Source: Candidatus Planktophila sp.
GTDB lineage: Bacteria > Actinomycetota > Actinomycetes > Nanopelagicales > Nanopelagicaceae
Assembly (NCBI GenBank): GCA_044341305.1
Contig: JBIIRY010000003.1
Span: 17,046-81,045, forward strand
Direction: 5' to 3'
DNA: 64,000 bases
The notes under the pieces were generated by a model that worked only from the letters and a program-made list of their open reading frames with translations, ran no database searches and was not told where the DNA came from. Positions within the stretch are counted from its first letter, which is position 1. Every line of letters starts with the position of its first letter. The position numbers and the translations under genes are program-made. This document shows positions 1-10,494 of this stretch, piece after piece.

Positions 1-272
1 TCCGCAATCAGTGAAGCAACTGGAAGAGTTCCGGCAAGAATAAATCCGAACATTCGCTTGAGTGGGAATCGTGCCACTGCAGCAAATTGAATCGCAGTTA
101 AAATATAAATTGGATAGAGATAGCCGTGCACTAATGGCACCCAGCGCACTGCATCTACGAGTGATTCATCTCTGAGCACGTATTTGGCAGGCATGTAGCC
201 AAACCACAAGAGAAGTGACAAGACCCCTGCAATAATGGCCATCACTCTAAATCTCATTAATACACCGCTCAT
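1..272 (-). CDS. DUF3817-like integral membrane protein (N-terminal part only; gene runs off the window start)
   Basis: Manual minus-strand translation from the ATG at 272 gives MSGVLMRFRVMAIIAGVLSLLLWFGYMPAKYV...VPLVHGYLYPIYILTAIQFAAVARFPLKRMFGFILAGTLPVASLIAE. The frame is open to position 1. It is absent from the ORF track because there is no stop inside the window. Confidence 0.55.
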   Translation of the reverse strand, partial: MSGVLMRFRVMAIIAGVLSLLLWFGYMPAKYVLRDESLVDAVRWVPLVHGYLYPIYILTAIQFAAVARFPLKRMFGFILAGTLPVASLIA

Positions 273-281
273 GTGTCCCCC

Positions 282-974
282 TTAGTGCGCAACTCTACGA
301 CGATATACAGGAAGGTAAAGCACCACCACCGCCATGAGCCACCAAACAACAACGTAGGAAATGTGTTGCCAATAAAAACCGGGAATTCGCGCAGTTCGTA
401 ACTCGGGTGTGACTCTTGTTCTTTCTATCACGCCTTCGCGCGCTTTCTCATCCAAGGCAATTACATACCCGTCGTATAAATCTAAATCTGTGCGCGCGAC
501 AATGACGCTGCTATCGAGTCGCGAGATGACGCCGGGTGAATTAAGAGCTCGATCTTCACTTTGATGTGCGCGCAAGATGCCGGTGAGATCTACTCGGCTG
601 GACATGGATAACTGTGGCACTTGTAATCGCTCAGACCAGAGTCCACGCACGACCAATATCCCAGAAGTCGCGTCCACTTGCATGAGCGCAACTTCCCAAT
701 CGCTTAGAACTCCGTCACCATCTTTTTGATTTGGTGCTCTGAAGTTAGCGACATAAAAACCAGATGCGTTTACAGGCTTGCTATCGTTTTTTTTATCAAG
801 TGCTGCACGTGGTTCGGCTAACTGTGCAAGAGCAACGGGAGCAGAAACAGGAGGTGGCGGTGCATTAAGAATTTCCTTCAAGCTTCTGGCTCTATCAAGC
901 TGCCATAATCCGAGTCCAACAAAAATAGCAGCAAGAAGTACTATCGCTGTGAATTCAAAGAACTTCTTAACCAC
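282..974 (-). CDS. SURF1 family cytochrome oxidase assembly protein
   Basis: Track ORF 282..1055. It has an N-terminal TM followed by GLGLWQLDRA (the SURF1 LGxWQLxR signature) and a C-terminal TM. I prefer the GTG at 974 (MVKKFFEFTAIVLL...) because the 27 upstream codons are Cys-rich, lack an SD and overlap a better small ORF. Confidence 0.75.
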   Translation of the reverse strand: MVKKFFEFTAIVLLAAIFVGLGLWQLDRARSLKEILNAPPPPVSAPVALAQLAEPRAALDKKNDSKPVNASGFYVANFRAPNQKDGDGVLSDWEVALMQVDATSGILVVRGLWSERLQVPQLSMSSRVDLTGILRAHQSEDRALNSPGVISRLDSSVIVARTDLDLYDGYVIALDEKAREGVIERTRVTPELRTARIPGFYWQHISYVVVWWLMAVVVLYLPVYRRRVAH

Positions 975-981
975 AAGAAAA

Positions 982-1119
982 TTACTTTTGTAAGTCTTCT
1001 TCGTTTTTTTGCAGTCGATTAAAACGCTTATAGAAACTGCGCAGAAGCAGTACAACTGAAACAGTTAAAAAAATCATTGTGAATGAACCGGCAACGCCCA
1101 TACTTACATCTTTTTCCAT
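982..1119 (-). CDS. candidate 45-aa single-TM small protein upstream of SURF1
   Basis: Manual translation gives MEKDVSMGVAGSFTMIFLTVSVVLLLRSFYKRFNRLQKNEEDLQK. A GAGAGGA SD lies about 7 nt upstream of the ATG at 1119. The stop at 982 lies 7 nt before the SURF1 GTG. The ORF is below the track size cutoff. Confidence 0.3.
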   Translation of the reverse strand: MEKDVSMGVAGSFTMIFLTVSVVLLLRSFYKRFNRLQKNEEDLQK

Positions 1120-1150
1120 GTTCAAATCCTCTCACTTTCCACGATAAAGT

Positions 1151-1552
1151 GTGCACATGAATTCAAGAGGGTCCTCAGACTTTTCATACGAGGATAGATA
1201 CGGGGTGAAGGCTCCAAGAGGTTGGAAGTTGCCTGCGACACTCATTGCCGTAGTCGGAATCAGTTGGCTTATCTGGGCGGGTTTGTTTCATTCCAAACCA
1301 GAGTTTAGAACCACCATCATTTCATTCTCCATAGTCTCCGATGAAGAAGTCACGATTAGGTATGTAGTACAACGAAATGATGCAAGTACTCCAGCTATCT
1401 GCACCTTGCAAGCAAAAGATGTTGATAAGAACGTTGTGGGAGAAATTGATGATGAAATCACCCCTGGTCGTGCAACTTTCGAACGCACAACGCAGATTCC
1501 TACTCGTAATGCTGCAGCAACTGCATCAGTCTTACGCTGCCGCGTCAAATAA
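1151..1552 (+). CDS. DUF4307-like membrane-anchored protein
   Basis: 133-aa ORF with one N-terminal TM (LPATLIAVVGISWLIWAGLF) and a soluble beta-rich domain. It sits immediately upstream of greA, as in other actinobacteria (from memory). Confidence 0.55.
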   Translation: MHMNSRGSSDFSYEDRYGVKAPRGWKLPATLIAVVGISWLIWAGLFHSKPEFRTTIISFSIVSDEEVTIRYVVQRNDASTPAICTLQAKDVDKNVVGEIDDEITPGRATFERTTQIPTRNAAATASVLRCRVK

Positions 1553-1596
1553 CTCAATTCACAATTAGTCCGGCTTTCGCTACGGTTACTCCCCTT

Positions 1597-2073
1597 ATGA
1601 CTTCACAAACGTGGCTCACTCAAGAAGCAGCAGACCGTCTTGCTGCTGAATTGCTGCACCTCGAAGGTGAAGCACGTACTGAAATCATCAAGAAGATTGA
1701 AGCAGCTCGCGCCGAAGGTGATCTAAAGGAAAATGGTGGCTACCACGCTGCGCGCGATGAACAAGGAAAAATTGAAGCGCGTATTCGCCAACTAAAACAA
1801 ATGTTGGAAAATGCTCATATCGGTACTCCACCTGCAAGCGCTGACGGAGTTGTGGGTGCCGGAATGGTTGTCACTGCAATTGTTGCTGGAGATGAAACAA
1901 AATTTTTGCTTGGTTCCAGAGAAATTGCATCAGGTGATCTCGATGTCTACAGCGAAAAATCTCCACTTGGATCTGCAGTAATGGGCGCCAAAGTTGGAGA
2001 TAGCGTTTCGTATACAGCGCCCAATGGAAAAACTATTTCAGTACAGATCAAGCATGCTGAGTATTATTCTTAA
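1597..2073 (+). CDS. greA: transcription elongation factor GreA
   Basis: 158 aa. WLTQEAADRLAAEL...IEAARAEGDLKENGGYHAARDEQGKIEARI is the GreA coiled-coil finger, followed by a C-terminal globular domain. Confidence 0.95.
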   Translation: MTSQTWLTQEAADRLAAELLHLEGEARTEIIKKIEAARAEGDLKENGGYHAARDEQGKIEARIRQLKQMLENAHIGTPPASADGVVGAGMVVTAIVAGDETKFLLGSREIASGDLDVYSEKSPLGSAVMGAKVGDSVSYTAPNGKTISVQIKHAEYYS

Positions 2074-2861
2074 TTACTAGCGTTCTTATATTTATTAACA
2101 CTCATTGGAACAAAAACAATCATAATTAATCCCATATAAATAAATGAGGTAATCAGCGGGTTCTCACTTGGGAAAGACCCGGCGGTAGCTCCAAATTGAT
2201 TTTCAAGTCCAAATAGTTGACGGCAAGCAGCAACCATTGTTGAAACTGGATTCCACTCGGCAACGTATTGAAGTGGTCTAGGCATTCCAGTAGTTGGTGC
2301 AAAAGCATTTGATAGGAATGTGAGTGGGAAAGTTACTAAGAAGCTCACGTTTTGTACCACTCGAGCATCGCGAGCAGATAAACCAATATAAATGCCGACC
2401 CACGAAAGTGCATAACCAAAAAATAGTAAAAATAGGAATGCCAGAACTACTTGGAACAAACCAGATGTCGGACGCCATCCAACTATGTAGCCTGCAATAC
2501 CCATCACAGCTAGAACAACTATGTTGAGAAGTGAATCTCCAAGTGTTCTGCCAACAATAAGAGCTGAACGCGAGATTGGGAGTGATCTAAATCGATCAAT
2601 CAAACCCTTTTTCATATCTTCTGCAAGGCCTGATGCAGTAGCTGCCAACGTAAATGCGACTGTTTGCACGAAAATTCCTGGCATTAATAGTTGAACATAT
2701 CCACCAGGTTGGCCAGTTTCAATTGATCCACCAAATACGTATCTAAAGAGCAAAACAAACATAACTGGTTGAATGGTCGAGAAGATAAGAACTTCAGGCA
2801 CTCGCGATAATTGAAGCAGTTGGCGCTTAGTGATAACTAGAGAATCCTTGATTGCGTTCAT
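2070..2861 (-). CDS. ABC-2 type transporter permease (DrrB-like)
   Basis: 263 aa with 6 TM segments. It overlaps the upstream ATPase gene by 4 nt. Confidence 0.85.
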   Translation of the reverse strand: MNAIKDSLVITKRQLLQLSRVPEVLIFSTIQPVMFVLLFRYVFGGSIETGQPGGYVQLLMPGIFVQTVAFTLAATASGLAEDMKKGLIDRFRSLPISRSALIVGRTLGDSLLNIVVLAVMGIAGYIVGWRPTSGLFQVVLAFLFLLFFGYALSWVGIYIGLSARDARVVQNVSFLVTFPLTFLSNAFAPTTGMPRPLQYVAEWNPVSTMVAACRQLFGLENQFGATAGSFPSENPLITSFIYMGLIMIVFVPMSVNKYKNASN

Positions 2862-3817
2862 TTAGTTACTTCCTCTACTTCTGCAGCATGACCAGTGAGT
2901 GACATGAAAACATCATCTAAAGATGGGCGTTTTAATCCAACATCTAGCGCGTGAATTCCTTCGCTATCCATCGACCTCAAAACCTCCATGAGTGCCATTG
3001 ATCCTGTTGAAACTGGTGCAGAAATTCTGCGAAGTCCCTCATCAAGTGTCGCCTGATTTCCACTCACGCGCGAAACAATCTCTAGCGTTTTTGGAATGCT
3101 CGCTTGCTCAACAACTACTTCAAGGCGTTCGCCGCCAACTTCTTTCTTGAGAGCATCCGAAGTTCCATGAGCAATAACTTTTCCGTGATCAATCACGATA
3201 ATGTCATCAGCTAATTGATCAGCTTCTTCTAAATACTGTGTTGTTAGAAGCAATGTGACGCCACCCTTAACGAGCTCTTCGATTACTCCCCACATTTCTT
3301 GACGACCACGCGGATCAAGTCCTGTGGTTGGTTCGTCAAGAAACAAAACTTTTGGTTTCACAATCAATGATGCTGCTAAATCAAGGCGACGACGCATTCC
3401 ACCTGAGTACGTTTTAATGGGCCGCTTCGCACTTTCGGTAAGTGAGAATTGTTCGAGTAGTTCGTCTGCTCTTTTTACGGCAGCGCTTTTGTTTAAGTGA
3501 TACAGACGCCCAAACATCACTAAGTTATCCCAGCCTGTAAGAGTTTCATCAACAGCTGCGTATTGACCCGATAAGCCAATTACTTCACGAACTTTTTCAG
3601 GATGCTTGATTACATCGATTCCAGCAACGCTTGCTCTTCCTGAATCTGGTGCAAGCAAAGTTGCGAGAATTCTCACAGTTGTTGTTTTACCTGCACCATT
3701 AGGACCAAGCACGCTTAAAACAGTGCCTTCTTCAACATCTAGGCTTAAACCATCAAGAGCTTTAACTTTGCCCTTGTTATAGGTCTTCACAAGATTTTCG
3801 GCTATTACTGTTTTCAC
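2858..3817 (-). CDS. ABC transporter ATP-binding protein (DrrA-like)
   Basis: Walker A GPNGAGKTT, signature YSGGMRRRL and Walker B LFLDEPTTGLD. Confidence 0.92.
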   Translation of the reverse strand: MKTVIAENLVKTYNKGKVKALDGLSLDVEEGTVLSVLGPNGAGKTTTVRILATLLAPDSGRASVAGIDVIKHPEKVREVIGLSGQYAAVDETLTGWDNLVMFGRLYHLNKSAAVKRADELLEQFSLTESAKRPIKTYSGGMRRRLDLAASLIVKPKVLFLDEPTTGLDPRGRQEMWGVIEELVKGGVTLLLTTQYLEEADQLADDIIVIDHGKVIAHGTSDALKKEVGGERLEVVVEQASIPKTLEIVSRVSGNQATLDEGLRRISAPVSTGSMALMEVLRSMDSEGIHALDVGLKRPSLDDVFMSLTGHAAEVEEVTK

Positions 3818-3888
3818 GGAGTAAACTTACCGCTATCGCATATTGCTTTGCAATATTCAATGTAATAACAATATTTTTTGGAGGGCAA

Positions 3889-5112
3889 TTGTTGAATAAG
3901 TCTAAAAACTCTTTCACCAACCCCTTTGCGGAGTTTCCGCGAGAAGTTGGTGTCATGGTTTTTGCGTCTTTCTTTGTTGCAGTTGGTTTCGGAATTATTG
4001 CGCCAATTATTCCTTTATTTGCAAAATCTTTTGGGGTAAACAACGCACAAGTTGGCGCCATTCTTTCGGCGTTCGCACTTGCTCGTTTTGCATCTGGACT
4101 AATTTCTGGAAAATTAGTTGATAAGTTTGGTGAAAGACTTGTTTACACAGTTGGAATTGCATTTGTTGCAGTGTCATCATTCGCTGCCGCTCTTGCACAG
4201 ACCTATGAGCAACTTCTCATTTTTAGATCTGCGGGAGGACTTGGTTCCTCAATGTTTTCTGTCGCTGCAGGTTCAATTGTTTTACGAGCCGTTCGTGATG
4301 ATCAGAGAGCCCGTGCGCAATCTTTGTATAACGGCAGTTTTCTAATTGGCATGATGGCTGGGCCAGTTATTGGTGGATTTTTAAGTGCAATTTCGCTGCG
4401 TGCACCACTATTCGTTTATGCAGCATTACTTGTTGTAGCTAGTGTCGCCGGTGGATTCTTACTCAGAAACTCAGCACTTACTGCAAGACCGACTGAAAAA
4501 TCTTCAGAGGTCAAAACTTCAATTCGCGAAGCACTGGCCATGAAGCCTTATGTCATCGCGCTCGTTATTTCATTTATCACTGCATGGGTTCTCTTTGGAA
4601 TGAGTCGTTCCGTTCTTCCATTATTTATGGTTGAAGATATGAAATCTACGGCAAGTTTTATCGGTATTGGCTTTACGATCTCTGCAGTTGTCCAGGGGAT
4701 TTATCTATTAAGGGCTGGTCGATTATCTGATGAGCGTGGGCGTAAGTTTGCATCTATCTCTGGATTGATTTATCTATGCATTTCTGTTGCCTTACTTGCA
4801 TTGACTTTTAATCCGTGGATGTTCTTACTATCAATGTTCATTGGCGCCTTTGGATCTGCATTTCTTTCGACTACGCCATCTGCAATTGTGGGAGATGTTT
4901 TAAAGGGTAAGGGCGGGCAGGTAATTGCTCTGTATCAAATGTCAGGTGATGCCGGAGCAATGGTGGCCCCAATTGTTCTGGGATTTGTTGCTGACCATTA
5001 TGGATTTAGAGCAACGTTTGCTTTAACTGCATTACTTATCGCATTAGTAATTGTTGTTGCAACAAAATTGCCCGAGACGCGGGCTTTGCATCTCGGGCAA
5101 TCTAGTAAGTAA
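3889..5112 (+). CDS. MFS transporter
   Basis: 407 aa with about 12 TM segments and the MFS loop motif GKLVDKFGER. Confidence 0.85.
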   Translation: MLNKSKNSFTNPFAEFPREVGVMVFASFFVAVGFGIIAPIIPLFAKSFGVNNAQVGAILSAFALARFASGLISGKLVDKFGERLVYTVGIAFVAVSSFAAALAQTYEQLLIFRSAGGLGSSMFSVAAGSIVLRAVRDDQRARAQSLYNGSFLIGMMAGPVIGGFLSAISLRAPLFVYAALLVVASVAGGFLLRNSALTARPTEKSSEVKTSIREALAMKPYVIALVISFITAWVLFGMSRSVLPLFMVEDMKSTASFIGIGFTISAVVQGIYLLRAGRLSDERGRKFASISGLIYLCISVALLALTFNPWMFLLSMFIGAFGSAFLSTTPSAIVGDVLKGKGGQVIALYQMSGDAGAMVAPIVLGFVADHYGFRATFALTALLIALVIVVATKLPETRALHLGQSSK

Positions 5113-5119
5113 TTTATAT

Positions 5120-5896
5120 TTAGTCGCGACCGCGCAAAATAGATAGCAGTCTCAAGATTTCCATGTACAACCAGACGATTGTGACCATAAGTCCAAACGC
5201 TGCTCGCCATGACTCTTGTTCTGGTGCATTTGCAGCTACACCTTTTTGAATTTGATCAAAATCTAGAATCAAAAAGAAGCTCGCAAGCGCAACGCCTGCG
5301 ATTGCAATCAATGGACCAAATCCGGAAATTCCGAAGAGTCCGAGTCCGCCGCCGAGTCCGGCGAAAGAGCCAATCATGCTGACAAGTCCGAGTAACAAAT
5401 AACCGATTGCAGCACCGATAAGCATCTTTGTGAACTTAGGTGTGACTCGAATGCGACCACTGCGGTAAGCAACGAGCATTCCAACGAATGCACAAATTGT
5501 TCCCATTACTGCTTGTCCCGCAATTCCAGGATAAGCAATGTTGAGAGAGTGGCTAATGGCTCCAAGTGCAATGCCTTGAACTGCAGAATAAGTAATAATT
5601 AAACCTGGTCTAACAGTTTTGCTAAATATGTTGACCATTGCGAGTCCGAAACCTGCAAGAAGCGAAATCATGATTATTCCGCCACCAAGGTTTAGTGTCC
5701 AAGAAATTCCACCTGCCACAACTAAGACTGCAAGAAGAATTCCTGTACGAGTAATGACATCATCCATAGTCATGCGACCAGTGCGAGTAGATGATGCTGC
5801 CGGTGCGTTGTAGATCTCTTCTAACTTACTTGGATCAACTGCTGCGTAACCCGGATTTTTGAATGAACGATTCAGTACTGGGTTTGAACTTTGCAT
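5120..5896 (-). CDS. Bax inhibitor-1/YccA family membrane protein
   Basis: Track ORF 5120..5959. I chose the start at the internal ATG 5896 (MQSSNPVLNRS...) because the upstream codons run into the tRNA at 5933..6005. AAGGAG lies upstream. The protein has 7 TM segments with a GxxLF-rich BI-1 pattern. Confidence 0.85.
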   Translation of the reverse strand: MQSSNPVLNRSFKNPGYAAVDPSKLEEIYNAPAASSTRTGRMTMDDVITRTGILLAVLVVAGGISWTLNLGGGIIMISLLAGFGLAMVNIFSKTVRPGLIITYSAVQGIALGAISHSLNIAYPGIAGQAVMGTICAFVGMLVAYRSGRIRVTPKFTKMLIGAAIGYLLLGLVSMIGSFAGLGGGLGLFGISGFGPLIAIAGVALASFFLILDFDQIQKGVAANAPEQESWRAAFGLMVTIVWLYMEILRLLSILRGRD

Positions 5897-5932
5897 TACT
5901 TGTGGTTCTCCTTTTGTATGTGGTTGTGCTCG

Positions 5933-6005
5933 TGCCCCCGGTGGGGGTCGAACCCACACTGGAAGGATTTTAAGTCCTCTGCCTCTGCCATTGGGCTACA
6001 GGGGC
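5933..6005 (-). tRNA. tRNA with anticodon UAA (Leu by anticodon), atypical 73-nt class I length
   Basis: Hand-folded cloverleaf: GCCCCTG TA GCCC AATGGCAG AGGC A GAGGA CTTAAAA TCCTT CCAGT GTGGG TTCGACC CCCAC CGGGGGC A. The acceptor has 7 bp (one G.U), the T-loop is GTTCGA, the discriminator is A73, and no CCA is encoded. Confidence 0.75.
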
Positions 6006-6092
6006 CACGTTTTCTCAACGTGGGCAAATCTACCCGTTTTCCCAAGCGCAGAAACCACTTATAAAACAGGAAGGGCTAGGGGTTTATTCCCC

Positions 6093-7007
6093 TTATTTTC
6101 CGGCGAGCGACCAGGCGATTCCATCCAAAATATCGGCCTCTGATGCCACAAACTCTGTGGCGCCAGTTGCCTTCATAATTTCAGAAAGAACAAGAGAGCC
6201 AGCTGCAAAAACATCTGCACGTCCGGGATGTAAAAAGCCAACGTGAGATCTTTGTTCTGCATTCATTTTTTGAAATGTTAGTGCAACTGTGTGCGCTTGC
6301 TCAGCACTTATGTGAGATAGGTGAATGAGATGGCGATCATATTCTTCGAGTTCTAGTGCACTTGCTGCTACAGATGTCGCAGTTCCAGCTACAGCTATAA
6401 GTGTTTTTGCTTTCGTGATTGGAACTATGGCAGCGGCTATAGCAATTGCTTCTTGAATGTCCTTGCGCGCATTTTCAATTTCTTCTTGTGCAGGTGGATC
6501 CGAGTGGATGTTTCGCTCCGTCATTCGCACGCAACCAATATTTACACTCTTTGCAAACTCAACTGTTGAATGACCGAAAACAAACTCCGTTGAGCCTCCA
6601 CCGATATCGACGACTAAAAATGGGGCTTGATCTGCTGAGAATTCTTTTGTCGCACCAATAAAAGAGAGTTTCGCTTCTTCATCTCCCGAAATAACTTCTG
6701 GTTCGATACCAAGGCGCTGCTTTACTCCATCAATAAAAAGCTCTCTGTTGGTTGCATCTCTGGTGGCACTTGTTGCGCAAAAACGAATGCGTTCTACCCC
6801 ACGCTTGCTAATCTCTTGTGCAAATAAATCGACGGCAGCAAGGGTGCGTGCAATTGCATCGGGGTGAAAAGATTTCGTTTGATCCACGCCTTGCCCCAAG
6901 CGCACAATCTCCATCGTTCGATAAATCTCACGGAAATTTGTTCCGTCGATATCGGCAATCAACAATCTAATTGAATTCGTTCCACAATCTATTGCTGCAA
7001 CTCTCAT
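6093..7007 (-). CDS. ppx: Ppx/GppA family exopolyphosphatase
   Basis: MRVAAIDCGTNSIRLLIAD...VVDIGGGSTEF are ASKHA phosphatase motifs. The start at 7007 gives an ATGA overlap with the DUF501 stop. The gene follows eno-ftsB-DUF501, as in other actinobacteria. Confidence 0.87.
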   Translation of the reverse strand: MRVAAIDCGTNSIRLLIADIDGTNFREIYRTMEIVRLGQGVDQTKSFHPDAIARTLAAVDLFAQEISKRGVERIRFCATSATRDATNRELFIDGVKQRLGIEPEVISGDEEAKLSFIGATKEFSADQAPFLVVDIGGGSTEFVFGHSTVEFAKSVNIGCVRMTERNIHSDPPAQEEIENARKDIQEAIAIAAAIVPITKAKTLIAVAGTATSVAASALELEEYDRHLIHLSHISAEQAHTVALTFQKMNAEQRSHVGFLHPGRADVFAAGSLVLSEIMKATGATEFVASEADILDGIAWSLAGK

Positions 7008-7507
7008 GCATTCATCTCCGTATGGCATGGATGTTCTTGCCACCATTCTGGCAATTTGCTGAGTGCTTCATCACCTAGTGGGTTTACTCCAGGACCCGCA
7101 CTGAGTGAATGTGCAACGAGTGAATGTAAACACTTAACTCGATCAGGCATTCCTCCGGCAGAAATATCATCAACTTCATCAACGACAAGACCAAGTGCGT
7201 TTCGATCAGCAATATATGCAGCGTGCGCGCTTCTATATGCAGCAGCCAAATCAGGATCTTCTGCCAAACGTTGATTCATCTCTGCCATAAGCCCCGATGA
7301 TTCAAGCGTTGATATTGCGCCAGTAAGTCGTGGACACGTCGCATAATAAAAAGTTGGAAAGGGCGTTCCATCGCTAAGGCGTGGAGGTGTTTCGACCACA
7401 GCTGGCATTGAGCATGCACATCTGTATCCAATTGCATGCACATCTCGTGGAGTGCGACCTAATTGAAATTCAATGCAATCAAGGTCGCTTGGTTGCACGT
7501 CTTTCAC
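7004..7507 (-). CDS. DUF501 domain-containing protein
   Basis: Conserved FPTFYYATCPRL block. I prefer the GTG at 7507, which overlaps the upstream stop (GTGA). Confidence 0.8.
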   Translation of the reverse strand: MKDVQPSDLDCIEFQLGRTPRDVHAIGYRCACSMPAVVETPPRLSDGTPFPTFYYATCPRLTGAISTLESSGLMAEMNQRLAEDPDLAAAYRSAHAAYIADRNALGLVVDEVDDISAGGMPDRVKCLHSLVAHSLSAGPGVNPLGDEALSKLPEWWQEHPCHTEMNA

Positions 7508-7911
7508 TGATTTTGAGTTTCCGTAATAGAAGCAATCATGCGCGCATACCAAGGTTGTCCATCTGGAATCTTGTTTGCAACAGTTGTGCCACTTTCTTGT
7601 GTGTATTGGCCCTCTGAATCAGTAACAATGTATTGACGTTCTCCTGGCAATATAAAGTGCAAACGTTCACGTGCTTGAGATTTAATGAACTCGGGATCGC
7701 GCCACATTAACAGATCTTTACGTGCTTGTTCGAGTGCTGCATTGTTGCTTTCAACTTGTGATTTAAGAGCACTAATTTGTGCACGTTGAGTGAAATAATT
7801 CTTAATTGGAGGCGCAATTGTTAGTGCCATAAGGAACAAAATTGTCGCCAAGGTAAGTACACGACTCTGCCCACGTCGCTTATTGAAATTTAATCCGCGA
7901 CGACGAGACAT
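7504..7911 (-). CDS. septum formation initiator family protein (FtsB/DivIC-like)
   Basis: 135 aa with a basic N-terminus, one TM and the coiled coil QRAQISALKSQVESNNAALEQARKDL. It lies directly downstream of eno. Confidence 0.8.
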   Translation of the reverse strand: MSRRRGLNFNKRRGQSRVLTLATILFLMALTIAPPIKNYFTQRAQISALKSQVESNNAALEQARKDLLMWRDPEFIKSQARERLHFILPGERQYIVTDSEGQYTQESGTTVANKIPDGQPWYARMIASITETQNQ

Positions 7912-7913
7912 CT

Positions 7914-9871
<1,958 letters not shown>

Positions 9872-9888
9872 ACCATCAACAGATGTAA

Positions 9889-10494
9889 TTACTCGTCAGA
9901 TGGCGTGACTGCAGATCCTGCTGAATCAACAGGCACAACATCGGCAGTAGCTGCATCCCATGCACCATAACGTGGATTAATGGTTATCTTTTTCTCAGCT
10001 GCCATATCAATAACAAGTTTCTGAATTGAAGCACCAATTTGGTCCTCAGTTACTCCAGTAGCAACAAGACCTTGTGCGATCTTGTCTGAAAGGATTACTC
10101 CTTGTAAATACAAATCAAAATCCAGCGGAGCGATTCCTGCTACGACGAGAGCATTTGGCAGCTCTTCTTCTCCACCGATTTGTTCGATGATGTTTGCGCG
10201 GCGTGTATCAATCTCTGCTTTTGAGACAGTGATTTTTAACTTGGCAGCAGCTTCACTAAGCAATTCCGTCAAAATATGAAAGCGCATTTGAGAACGATTA
10301 AGTTCTTCTCCATATGCCAACGGCATCGCTGAAGTATCAAATTTTTCTCGTTCGGCCATGATGGAATCAATACTTGACTGAACCGTTGACTGTGAAATTT
10401 TGAATGAACCAACTGAGGCAGCTGAACTCACTTGCGAACATCCCGTGAGCAATAGTGCTGCTGAGATCGCCGCAATAGAAATTATCTTTTTCAC
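9889..10494 (-). CDS. lipoprotein, SurA N-terminal-domain-like (putative periplasmic chaperone)
   Basis: Lipobox LLLTGC follows the signal peptide KKIISIAAISAALLL. I chose the GTG at 10494, which shares 1 nt with the mfd stop. The upstream part of track ORF 9889..10599 lies inside mfd. Confidence 0.6.
   Translation of the reverse strand: MKKIISIAAISAALLLTGCSQVSSAASVGSFKISQSTVQSSIDSIMAEREKFDTSAMPLAYGEELNRSQMRFHILTELLSEAAAKLKITVSKAEIDTRRANIIEQIGGEEELPNALVVAGIAPLDFDLYLQGVILSDKIAQGLVATGVTEDQIGASIQKLVIDMAAEKKITINPRYGAWDAATADVVPVDSAGSAVTPSDE

Noticed and set aside
975-1055. ATG at 1055 as the SURF1 start
   Set aside because: The extra 27 residues (MYCFCAVSISVLIDCKKTKKTYKSNFL) are atypical for SURF1 and lack an SD. 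They also overlap a small ORF that has a good SD. I kept the GTG at 974, but this remains uncertain.
5859-6143. 94-aa plus-strand ORF, and the 21-codon N-terminal extension of track ORF 5120..5959
   Set aside because: Both run through the tRNA at 5933..6005. The BI-1 family gene has a proper internal ATG (5896) with an upstream AAGGAG.
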